NCBI GenBank assembly: GCA_016748015.1
Contig: JAAOMT010000392.1
Location: 81,035-130,082 of the forward strand
Source: Geosiphon pyriformis uo1
Taxonomy: Eukaryota; Fungi; Glomeromycota
Reading direction: 5' to 3'
Length of the DNA stretch: 49,048 bases
The notes beneath the pieces were generated by a model that saw only the letters and a program-made list of their open reading frames with translations, did not search any database and was not told the DNA's origin. Position 1 is the first letter of the stretch. Each line of letters opens with the position of its first letter. Position numbers and translations under genes: made by a program. Positions 21,599 through 33,805 of the stretch are shown piece by piece.

Positions 21599-23566
21599 TT
21601 GAAAAAGAAGTTTTTTTGTTTTTATCCTGCTTGTTTTATTACTTTTACCATTTCTCAAGCTAATAACTTATTTGTGGTAGATCTGGAGACTGCTTTGAAT
21701 AACAATATGTCTAAGAAAAAAACACCTAAAAGTGCTCTTCATGATCCTATTGGTGGAACTTTCTTTCAAAAAAAAAAAATCTCTGTTAGCAATATCAAAC
21801 ACTCTGGTGATGAAAAGAAAATTTCTCTGACCAAACCTGATATCAATGAGAACATATATTCGGATATGGACAGTAAGTTCAGTAACAATAAGCTTGGTAG
21901 TACTGAGTTAAGTTCAAGTGGTGCTTCTTTTCTTGGTTTGGCTGTGACAACTCCCAAAGCTAAGAAAGTTATTATTGATTTGGACAGTGGCTTCCCTATT
22001 GGTACTATTGATTTTGGAATGGATGAGGACATAATTCACCTTCCTCCCTCTCTCAATATTTCTTTTGAAAAAAGATTAATTGATCCTAAAGTAGTAAAAA
22101 CTCAGATTGAAGTGCCCATCAAAAAATTCTTTGTCTTAGATATCAATCTTTTTGCTATGAAAGGGAAATTAGTAACAGCAAAGACTCAATTCATTAAGAA
22201 AATTTTTTCTTTAATCAATGGTTTTGGGGGGGTCACTATCCCCTTAAAATTTGAAAGGATCATCTGATCTACATTTACTTATGATGAAAGCTTAATTAAA
22301 GCTACATCATTGACCAGAGAGAAGAGGATCATCACTAACAATAATCTCAAGAAATAAAAAATTTGCTCAAATTGGGCTGTGGTTATCAAAAGAATTCCCA
22401 TGAACACACCAAAAGAAATGATTGTTGCTGCTCTAGCTGAGTTTGGCAAAATTAAGTCGATCAAAATCCAACTTATTGGATTGTGGCAAAAAGCTATGGT
22501 AGAATTTGCTGAAATAAGTCAGGCTGTACAATTGGCTACTAAATGGTCTTTTTTGATTGGAAAAAATTCTGTGTGAGTGGCTATAACTGTAAGAGATTGT
22601 GAAACATGAACATCAAGAGACCAGTTCAGGGCTTTATTGTTTACTTTACCTGTAGAAACAACTACTTATGATTTGGGCACTTTTTTGGAAAAAGCTGGTG
22701 GGAAAACTTGTATTATAAATTGTTCATTGAATTCTGGCAATAGAATTTGCTGTGCTGTGGTTGGCTTTGAGTCTGAGGATACAATAGAATCTGCTTATCG
22801 CACTAAGCTGATATTTGGTGGTGTCAAACTTTCTTGGGCTAGACTGGATTTGGTTTGTTGTGAAAAATGTGAGTTTCTTGGTCATTCTGCTTTGGAATGT
22901 GGTGCACTACTTGCATTCACTCCTAAGTCTTCAAAGATTATTAGAAAAGTCACCTCAGTGAAACATTGTCTTTGACTAGCCAAGTTGTATGCAAAGAAAA
23001 CTGTCCCTATCTCCCATTCTGCCACTTTTGGTGGCAAGTCATGAATGCAGATCATGTTACTCAATTCTTCTTCTGATGGTTTTCCGCCTTGTGTGGTTTC
23101 TTTGGTGTCTTTTGGTAATGATTTGTTTTCTGGTACTAAGATTTTTTTAGTGATCTCTGCTCCTCTTGGTGACTCTGCTTTACATGACCATTTATCTTCT
23201 TTGGAGTGCTTTTTAGAGCTTTTGGCAGACCAAGTTTCTGATATTTTGAGAAAGCTGAGCAATGTTGAATTAGTGCTTCTGGCATCTTTGTCTTTTGTTC
23301 CTTCTCTTATAGCTTCTACATCCTTGGCAGTAGACATAGATTCAGATATAACTTTGGATGATGCTTTGATTTATTTTATTTCTCTTTTTATGGTTGTTAC
23401 TGATATGGTTGCTAACATTAGCTTAAACAGTTTTAAGGTTTTAACCACTAAGGTGGAAGGTTTGGAATCCAAAATGGTGGTTCTGGAAGTGTCAGTTAAG
23501 TCAGTCTTAAAAAAGTTGAATCACTTGTGTTCTGACTTGGATTTGTTTATTCCTCCTACTTTTTAA
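21599..23566 (+). pseudogene. LINE ORF1 (RRM-like, CCHC knuckle, coiled-coil C-terminus)
   Basis: Fragments 21599, 22379, 22637 and 23045, separated by stops. Knuckle CEKCEFLGHSALEC. Confidence 0.88.
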
Positions 23567-26500
23567 TGAGTAATTTAGTTTAGAAATTTGCTACATGTAA
23601 TGTTAGAGGTATAAATGTCCCTGCAAAGCAGGAAGACATTGTTTGTTGGCATAAAAAATTAGGAAATATGGTTTCAATTGTTACAGAAACTAAATTGAGA
23701 TCTAATATTAGACCTTGGATTATGAATAAGTTTGATGGAGTTCAGATTTTCACTTTTGGTTTGGGTGTGGGTTTTCTTGGTACTTGAGTTGCTATTATTA
23801 TGAACAGTTCTTTGGCTTGGCATGTTTTAAAGGTGAACAAAATTCCTGGTCGGCTGATTTTTGTTCATTTTTTATTTAAAAACAAGCTTTTGGTTACAAT
23901 CTTAGGCCTGTATACTGGTGCTTCTGTTAATACACATTTTAGCCAAGCTTCTTTTATCAACTCCTTGATCTCTAAAGCAGCCAATTCTAGCTCATTTACA
24001 GTTATTGGTGGTGACTTCAATAAAAATAGATCTAAAAAAAGTGCTAGCTTCAAGTTTTGTTTAGATCTGGGTCTGGTTAATATCTTTAATGGACATTCTT
24101 TAACCAAAGCCTCTACTTGATGTAATACTAAAGACATTGAAAAAGTGTTGGATTTTATTTTTGTGAATAAGAACTTTACTTCTACTATTACATCGCATAA
24201 AGTTAATAACATGTCAGGATTTTTTGATACAGATCATAAGGCAATTTCAGTTGTGATTGGTTTGGGAGAACTCTTGGATGCTCATCTAAATAGTGTTCGT
24301 AAACAAGCCAATTAGAACCAGTGAAAGTTTAAGATAGGACATGCTGATGAAGTCCTTTAGTTACATTTTAAAGAGTGGGTTTCTGTTGAGTTAGCAATAA
24401 AGTCAAATGTGTTTGAGGGTACAAGATATAATAGTGATTTGGATGTAATGTGGGTGGTATTAAAGAATGTTATGGTATAGGCTGCTGATGTGGTGTTTTC
24501 TAAACATTGGTATAGTGCATTTGGTTGTTTGAAAAACAAACAATCTTTAAAGTTTTTCAAATTGGAGCTGCTAATCGCAAAAATTGTTAAAGCTTGGATT
24601 TCTGAAGATCTTGTGGACTTTGACCATCTCCTCAGAGTCTGGTTAAAAATTAATAAAGTAGAAGCCTCTAAGACTGCTAACATGGTTCTGGTTGGTGTAT
24701 GTTTGATAGAAGTTGTTAAGCATTTGTCTATAGTGAAGAAAAGATATTAGAAGTCTAAGTACCTTGAGTCAAAGGTGTCTGAGAATGCAGCCATTAAGAA
24801 GGCAATTAACTGGCGCATAAACTATTTTTGTTTTAACAAGAGACTTATGATTAAGAGTATCTTTGATTATCCATTTTACAAGGTTGTTTTGGATCACTTG
24901 ATAGCTGATAATAAGTTAGTAGTTGAGCCTGATGAGATGAAACTTAAAGTAGATGAAATTATAAAGGGATGGACAAGAAAGCGGACAGTTCTCCCAAGAA
25001 TGCCCATTCTTTGGTCCTGTCAATATATGTCTTTGAACTATGTTTCCAATGATGTTTTTTCTGGTGTGATAAAGAAAATCAATATAAATGAGTTGCTTTT
25101 GTGTGTTAATAACTTGCCAAATGATAAGGCTGCTGGATTATCAGGAATTTTTAATAAACTTTGGAAGCACTGTGGTAATGAGATGTTATCTTATTTCTTA
25201 AAGCTGCTGAATTTGTGTTTAATCTTAGAGATGGTTTTGATTTTTTGGAAAAGAGCATGAGTTTCGATGATCTCTAAACTCTATGAATAGAATAGTGTCC
25301 TGACTAATACTAGACCTATTGCTTTGATTAAAACTGCCTGGAAAATCTTGTCTAAAATTCTTTCTGATTGGATTTCTTTGGCATGTAGCAGATTCAATGT
25401 TCTTCATGGGAACAATTTTTTGGTGTTAAAAAGTACTTTTACTCAATCACCAATTTTTGCTGTTGAATTAGTCATGGAAGATGCTTTAGAAAAGAATAAG
25501 AAACTTTGGTTGGTTTTGTAAAACATGTACAAAGCTTATGATTTTGTGGGCTGGCATCATTTGAAGGCTGGTCTGTATCATATTAAGATGTATAGTCGAT
25601 TTATTGATTTTTTTGGTGGAATTCATGAGGATTGTATCAACAGAGTAATAACAAATTTTGGCCTTTCAGATAGTTACATAGTACATGATGGTTTGGATTA
25701 GGATGAAGTTTTCTCTTCTCTCCTTTGGCAGATATTCTATGACTCTTTTTTGTGTAAGGTTAAAAGACATAAGCACTTGTATGACTACCATATTGATACA
25801 AAATTTGTGGCCAAAACTGGCCATGTTGAGTCTATTAGAGAAAAGACTTTTTTCTTGGCTGATGGTGTCTTTGTTGATAACACAATTTGGGTTGGAAGCT
25901 GTCAGACTTCTATACAGATCATTTTGGATATTGCTAGTAGATTTTTTGCTGTCAATAACATTTCTATTAATAATGATAAAATGGTGGCTATCCTATCAAT
26001 CAAGGTGTCAAGACTGCCTCATTTTTGATCAATGGCTTGCCAATCTCAATTGTTAAATGAGGCAAATCACACAGGTACTTGGGTATTTTTTTGTCTACAG
26101 AGAGTCTTTCCAAGTCTAGTTTGGCTCAAGCTTATGCAGATGTCAGAATTTTCTCAAATGTGGTGTTCAGAAAGGCTATTACAGACTAACAATTCTTGTA
26201 CTTGGTTTTGGTTGTTCTTCAGCTTATAGTTAGCTATTGAATGCAGTTTAGTTATATTTCATTAGGTGTGTGTTACAAGTGGGATATCATGGTTAAGAGA
26301 TCTAAAGCTGAGTTACCAAAAAATTTTCTGAATGAGACTTTATATTACTCTTTTTTATATGGTTTAAAACTATTCAAGCAAGTGCAATCTGAAAAAAAGT
26401 TGGCTTCATTGGTCTTCTTTTTCAATGCCTATGGCATTCTTGGATGTTTATTTGAACACAAATTTTTGGATTTACAAGTTCTGGAGTGGTCACCTCTGAA

Positions 26501-28247
26501 TTTTTTGCAGCATTCTGTCAAGTTAAAGGTTAGTTCAATAAATAATTTTCTAGCTGGTGTAGTGAAAATTTTGTTGAAAAATAAGTTATCTTTGATGAAT
26601 AATTTGCCCAGTGCTTTTTATGGTTCTGGCAGGTTCTCAATATCTGACATTCTGGGTCATTCCTTGTTTTATGATTCTGTTTTTTCTTTGAGATGGTTTG
26701 GTATTGCTTTTGGTAGTAGGCTTTTGGACAAAAATGAAAGGGCGTTGGACTGAAAAACATTTTAGTAGTGGAAGAGATTAGACTTAAGGAGCCCAGTATC
26801 TTATTGTTTTATGTTGGCAGCTGGTTTTATAAGCAAGCATGCTTCTGAGAAAGTTGTATCTGTCAGTGATCATATACTACCAGTGCTGAATGTTTTGAAT
26901 TCTGAGACTTTTGCTTGTGTTTGTAGGAGTTTTTTGAAGATTTGGTTAAATTGTATTGAAGTTTACACAGATGGATCTTTAAAGGATGCTGGTTTGGCTA
27001 AGGTAACGAGTGGTGCAGCTGCCTATTTCCCAGCTATAGACATGAGTATTGGGATCAGAGTTCAAGGACTTTTGTCATTCTCTTTGGCTGAGTTACAAGT
27101 CATTATTTTGGCCTTAAAGTGTATTCTCTCTTTCTGTTTTGTAGTTCTGTATTTGAACAGTTAATCTGTAATTAATGCTTATATGTCAGAGTTTCTGGTT
27201 ATGGCACCAGACTTCCATAATTGATGCTGGATTGAGTGATTGCATATTGTCAATTTCATCAAGAAAAAAAACATTTTAGTTAAGTGGGTAAAGATTAAAG
27301 GGCATTTAGAAGTTCTGGGCAATATTAGAGCTGATAAGTTGGCTGGACAAGCCACTTCCTTTCCATTTTCTCTACCTGTTGGGATTCAAGAACATTTTTT
27401 GGTTGCTGAGAATACTACTTTGTTAGGCAATGCTTGTCATTTTGTTCATAATCTTTATCAGTCAATTTGTCATGCTTGTTGAGAGGCTGGTTTTGGTTAT
27501 GATGTTGTTTCAAGTGCCATGATTAGGGAGATAAATTGGGTGGTTACTTTAAAGATCTGGCATTCTGACTCTCACATGCTCTTCAGTTTCACTAGTAGGA
27601 GCTTAACCAACATGTGCACTTATTTAATGAAAGCTGTTTATAGATGGTTGCCTGTGGCTATCAGAAAAAGATTATATAACATGAATTATCTTGGGGTGCT
27701 GTGCTTGCTGTATGGGGAGGTGAAGGTGTCTACCCATACTTTCATTTGTTCAGGTAATGCTGGACTTTGTGATGATATTTTGACTGATACTACTAAGAGA
27801 TGGTTGTTTTTGGTGGGTTTTTCCTGCTCACCTATGTCAGCTGTCTTGTGTTCACTTTTGGCATGTTCTTTAGACATGGGTCTGTTTACTGCTGTGTGCA
27901 AGAGTTTTGTGTTGAAGAATTAGTATGCTGAGACTACTTTGGCTTTTGAGAGGAAGGGAAAGACTACATTGACTATTACTGAATTTGTTATATTTGTGGT
28001 CGAATTGTTTTGTACTAAAGTGTGGCTTGTTAGATCTAAGCATAAGATAGATATAAAGAGAGCTGGTTTGGTCAAGGATGGTGGTATGGTTTTGGGCCTG
28101 TTTCATTGTTTGGTGTCTAATTTGTCAGATGGGGTAGTTTATTTGCTTAGTGTTGTTGAATTTTTTGCTGTCAGCTTTGGTAGACACAGACTGTGTCATT
28201 TTTTTTCTGGTTTGGGTGGTAATGCTTCTGTTTACATAGATGTATAG
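23566..28247 (+). pseudogene. LINE ORF2 (APE endonuclease, RT, RNase H, C-terminal CCHC)
   Basis: APE: TCNVRGIN, VTETKL, GGDFN, LDFIFV, TDHKAI. RT: NDKAAGLSGI, TRPIALI, KAYD, FVDNTIW, HRYLGI. RNase H: VYTDGS, AELQVI, WVKIKGH..GNIRADKLA. CCHC: CLLYGEVKVSTHTFIC. Confidence 0.95.
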
Positions 28248-28416
28248 TGTAGCCTTGTCTGGCCGAAGTGACTGGCCACATGTAATAAGTGCGTGAGCTG
28301 TATTTAGTTTATTCCACTTAGTTTGGTTCTATGTACTAAATAGCAGTTAGACTTTACTTATTAATTGTATTATAAAAAAAAAAAGCTTTTATTTATNNNN
28401 NNNNNNNNNNNNNNNN

Positions 28417-31400
28417 AACTCAAAAAAATATTTATTAGATAAAAAAAACTGAATATATTGAATACACTTTCGAAATTGCTAGATATAACTATGAAGATAA
28501 AGTTAAAACTTACTATTAAATTATAAGTTACATATATTTAACCAAAAAAGCTCAAATTTAATAATTAAAACAAATGAACATTTAACTATGTAAAGAATAT
28601 GTAATATCTTATAATAACCAATGATGTTTGAAATGTTATGTTTCTAGTATTTTTTTGCCTAGTAAAAATAATAAGCATGAAATCGAATTTGGAGAATTTA
28701 AATCTGAAAAAAAAATTACAACCACTTTAATCTACTTGATCAAAAATCAGCTTGTTATATAACTCAAGTACTTTGACAATAATAGCTAAGAGATTAAGCC
28801 AAAAAAAACTCACAAAATTGATGCAGAATATGACTTATATTATTTAAGAAAAGATATTTTGGTTCTTCAACCAAAATTTTTAATAAAAATCAATCTTAAA
28901 ATTGCTTTTAAAATACTATTAGAAGTAATAGTTTAAATTGCTTTTTGATTACTTCTGGCTAGCAAAAAAAATTAATATTAGAGAAAAAATTATAGATACA
29001 AGATACACTGAAAACATTACAATTATACTACAAAATAAAACAAAAAAGTTATTTAAGATAAAACATGCTAAAAAAATTGCTTAAGCAATTTATCTATTCT
29101 TAATTAACATTTCAAATTTACAATCAGTTAATCAAAAAAAACAATTAAACAAAAATGATAAAAGAACCTAAAGTTTTGGTTCAACTAGATAATTTACAGT
29201 TTTAGTAAATATAACTTTTAATATACAAAATAAATCTTACCAGATTTTTTGACTTCTACAATCAATTATCATTTTATCTTTTAGAGAACATTACAAAATT
29301 TACACTTGCCCAAAACTAATAATTATTCAACAAACTTTTGAATCAATTAAATAAATTTGTTTAAAAAATAAAATCTCAATTTTAAATATCTATATTTCTA
29401 AAGAAATAAAAAAATTTCGAATAATATTTTATAATCCTAATAACGACTCTATTATTTTATTAAATAAATTAGAAATTAGAATCATACATAATAATATCTT
29501 CCAGAATAAAACTTTTTAAAATGTTTTAAATTTCATTGAAATTGTAAAACATATACTCTTTTTAAACTCCAATATTATTTCAAACATTAAAAACTACTAT
29601 CTAATTAAAAAAAAGCTTTTTTTTATCAAATTGGGTCCCTTAAAACTCTAACAGCAAAAATAATTAAAACAGTTAATTGTTAAATATGCTGATATATTGA
29701 CCAAAGATAACAACAATCTTGAAAAAACCAATATTATACAACATAAAATTTACACAAAAAATGCTTTATTAAAATACCAACAAGCTTACCAAGTTTTACT
29801 TACAAGCCACCAATTTATTAAACAAAAAGTAGAAAAAATACTCAACAATAGTCTTATTCAACTATTAAAAAGTCTCTGGATCTTACCAGTAGTTCTGGTC
29901 AAAAAAAAATAGGAAAATTTGATTTTGTGTTAACTATTGCCAACTTAATAATATTATAATTAAAAATATTTACCTATTACCAAGAATTTGTTAGATGCTT
30001 TAGAAAAAGCGAAATACTTCTTAATTTTAGATTTGGAAAGTGAATACTAACAAGTCAAAACAATATTTACTACACAATAAGAGAATTATGAATTTAATAT
30101 AATGTTTTTAAACTTTGTAATATATTAGCAATATTTCAATAACTTATAAATATTGTTTACAAAAAACTTTTATGGCAATCAGTAGTTGTTTATTTTGATA
30201 ATACTAATATTTATTTTTCAATATTTGAAGCTTATTTAATCTATTTGCAAGAAGTTTTTCAATAATTACAAAAATTAAAATTAAAATTAAACTTTAAAAA
30301 ATATTACTTTAGAAAAACAAGTTTAATTTTTCTTGAATATATTGTAAGCAAAAATGGAGTTCAACTTAATTCAAAAACAATTAATGTTATTAAAAACTTC
30401 TAAATTTTTCAAAATACTACAAAATTAAAAGAATTTATTAGATTAGCTTTCTACTATTGAAAATTTATTAAAAAATTCTCAAAAATTACCAAACTTTTTA
30501 ATTATCTGACCAACAAATATGTTAAATATCAATAAACTCCAGTTTAACAAAAAGTATTTAACACTTTCAAAAAAAGACGTATAACTGCTTCAATTTTTGT
30601 CTATTCTAACTTCAAAAAAAGATTTCAATTAGCCACTAATGCTTCATATATAGCTTTTAGTGTCATCTTATTACAAATAAGTGATAGTGACAAAGAGCAA
30701 ATAATTACATATGCCAGTAAAATACTTAAGTCAACAAAACTCAAATATAGCTTAACTAAATTAAAAGCAACAGTTATTATTTAGACTTTTAAATACTTTT
30801 AACAATACTTCTACAATAAAAAAAAATTTGACATCAAAACTAACAATATTAGTCTTAAATAGCTTAACAAATAGAATTTTAAGCTTAGTGTAAATCAATC
30901 TTAATGGACTAATTTTCTAGCCAATTACAAATATATTGTTTATTACAAATCTAAAAAATTACATATAAATATAGATAGTCTTTTAAAAATAAGACAAAAT
31001 TAGCATTAATACCAACTTTATTACAATCTACTAACTTAACAACAAATAATTAACAGATAATGAAACCAGAAAATAACAACAACATTAAAAACTATTTGGA
31101 AACTATTACTCTACCAGAAAACTGGTTTTCAATTAAAAAACAATAATTATAATATCAAGTGAAACAATATTTTATTTATTACAACAAAATTTATTATCAA
31201 AATTATAGAAATTCAACCAATTCACTCAGATTTATCTAAGAAAACAAAAAAGAAACTATTCTTTATAATATGTACATAGATCTATCTTCAGCACATTAAG
31301 GAAAAAATAGTACAATTTAAAGAACATTAGAACATTATTTTTGGCTTTATATTTAAAAAACATTTAATAATATATAGAATCATATAATAGTTATCAAAAA

Positions 31401-32933
31401 AAGAAGAAACTTGTTTTACTAAACTTCTAAATTCAATTAAAATTGGACAACTTTTTGACAGAATAAAAATTAATTTAGTCAGATTATTACTTATTACTAC
31501 TTAAAAAAATTGTTATATTGCAGTTATAGTAAATTTTTTTACCAAATAGTTTAAAATCAGAGCCATCCAAAAAGCAGGTACAAAATTAATAGCAAATTTC
31601 ATCTATAAAAACATTATTTGTAGACATAAATGTCTAATTAAACTTTTATTTAATTAAGAAACACATTTTATAAACAACTTGATACAAGAAATTTGTGAAT
31701 AATTTAATGTTAAAAAACCACTTTTATCATCTTATTATTCTTAAACAAATAAATTAATGAAACATTTCAACTAAACATTATGTAAATTATTAGCCAAAGT
31801 TTTAATTAATTTTGAACAAAAATAAAATAACTTTATTTTATCAGTATTATTAGTATACAAAACACTAAAACTAGATACTATAAAACAAATATTATTTAAT
31901 TTGACCTATAAAAAAACAGTAATATTGTCAATTAATTTTACAGTAGAAAACTATTTAATACAATCAATCAATTAAGAAAACTTTTAAGAAACACTTTAAT
32001 AAAAAGCCTATATCTTGCTTAGTACTTTAGAAGAAAAACAATAAATAGCAGTTATTCATATTAAACACTTTCAAGTCCAATAAAAAAACAACATAATAAC
32101 AAATTGCTACTAGTCACTAATGAATTTAAAGTTAGCAACAAAGTTTTTTTACACAAAATTAGGACTAAAAAACAATAGAGTAGAAAATTAAACATAAATA
32201 GAATGAATTATTTTATATTCATGAAATCTTAGACAATAAATTATACAAATTAAGACTAAATAACAAAGTATTAGCAAAAGTTATACATAGAAATTGATTG
32301 AAACACTATTATTCCAGAAACAATTCTAAATCATTAATTTTACAAATTAGTAAATATTCTCTTTTAATTAATTCCAAAGATGTTTCTTAAAATTTGGAAC
32401 CAATAATTATAATAAAACAATAACCAAATCTTAATATTTAATTTAATATTATTATAATATTTTTTTAATAATACACAAATGTAAAAACAAAAATAGTAAA
32501 TAATTACAAAAAAAACCCAAAACCAAAAATATATAAAATTTATATTCAAAATTATTTCTTATTTTTTTTTCAAATCTTTTCAAATTTTATATTTAATTTA
32601 TTTATTTTCATCATGATTATTTTCTGAAACATTCAAGAAATATCTCAAAAATTGATGTTAGCTTTGAAAACACTTCTTAATTTATTCATAATTATTAATA
32701 AAAGTCAAATTAATTACATTCAAAAGAACCTATAACACCAGTAGTAAATAATTTCCAGAATTATCACTCTTATAAAAAAAACACAAGAAGTTATTTTGAA
32801 ATTCAATTATCAAAACTTCTAAAGCAAACTTTAAAAAAAAACTTTTTATTTGCCCTTATTGACATTCTATCAAATGTCACAATTCAACAAAAGCTTCAAC
32901 TGTGTCTTAATAAATAAAGCCATGCATATACTC
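28417..32933 (+). mobile_element. Very decayed Gypsy internal region (dUTPase-RT-RH-IN), LTRs not seen
   Basis: NIIQHKI..SLWILPVVLVKKK (29730-29910), YFDN (YLDD, ~30190), FQLATNAS (~30625), and integrase core remnants at 31260-31800. Confidence 0.88.
28760..29190 (+). pseudogene. Decayed dUTPase within Gypsy pol
   Basis: IDAEYDL (motif 1), LLLASKKI (motif 2), IDTRYTEN (motif 3), KIA*AIYL (motif 4), RT*SFGSTR (motif 5). Confidence 0.8.
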
Positions 32934-33721
32934 TGTTACAGTTTAAGAATTTAATAGAAATTATAAAAAAAATAAATTAGCCAATCGTAAAATAGCACAA
33001 CAATTTATAAAAAAAATGATTTACAAATAATAGCAAAGCACTACTGTATAATAGCAACAAGCACTATTTTATAATAGCAGCAAGCAGTATTGTGCAAAAG
33101 CAATAAGCACTATTTAGAAATAACAGAAATAAAATATTACAAAACGTTATTTTGTAAAACAATAATTATATATATATACAATAGTTTTAATGATGAAAAA
33201 TCTAACAGCTTCAACTAAAAGCAACAAATATCTAAATAAAATCTTATTCAAAAAGAATTAATAAAAAAATAATAATAAATTGAATTAACATCACAATTGT
33301 GAGATTAACAATAGAATTTACATACCCTTTCTAGCAAATGAAACTATCATTTCATCTTTGAACCCTTTGGAAGAATAATCCCTGATTAAGATTATTCATG
33401 TGGTTACTAATTAAAATTGAAAAAGCCTTATTATATACTTAGAGAAATTGCAAAAAGGCCATTAATATTCTATGTTTCTAGATTAGAAAAACACATCAGA
33501 CAATTGCAAGGATAGCTTCAGATTAGTCTCTGAAAAGGAGTACACAACATACAAAGACAACTAGAATTAAAGAGAATACTTACATTACAATATTAAGAGA
33601 AAACTTTTAGTACATTATTATTAATATCCAATACATAAAATTGAGAAACTTATAAGAAACTGATTGCAATTAAAATGGAATATCAACAATTAAAATATAC
33701 CAAAAAAAATCTCCTGTAACA
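32934..33721 (+). repeat. 5' LTR (788 bp)
   Basis: TGTTACA...TGTAACA; direct repeat of 39433-40198. Confidence 0.93.
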
Positions 33722-33805
33722 TTTGGTAAATCCTACAAGGAAAAAAAATCAAAAAAAGAAAATAATAATTAGCAATAATTCATTGCTAAAAAAGAAGAAA
33801 CAAAA

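Larger units (their letters stand above)
21555..28384 (+). mobile_element. Near full-length LINE (~6.8 kb) with RNase H, inactivated
   Basis: ORF1 + ORF2 + 3' tail (28248-28372) + poly(A) (28375-28384). Confidence 0.95.

Noticed and set aside
21599-28247. Alternative genetic code (TGA=Trp) to explain in-frame stops
   Set aside because: TAA and TAG interrupt equally, stops differ between copies, and they match C>T/G>A decay. The host ORF reads normally in the standard code.
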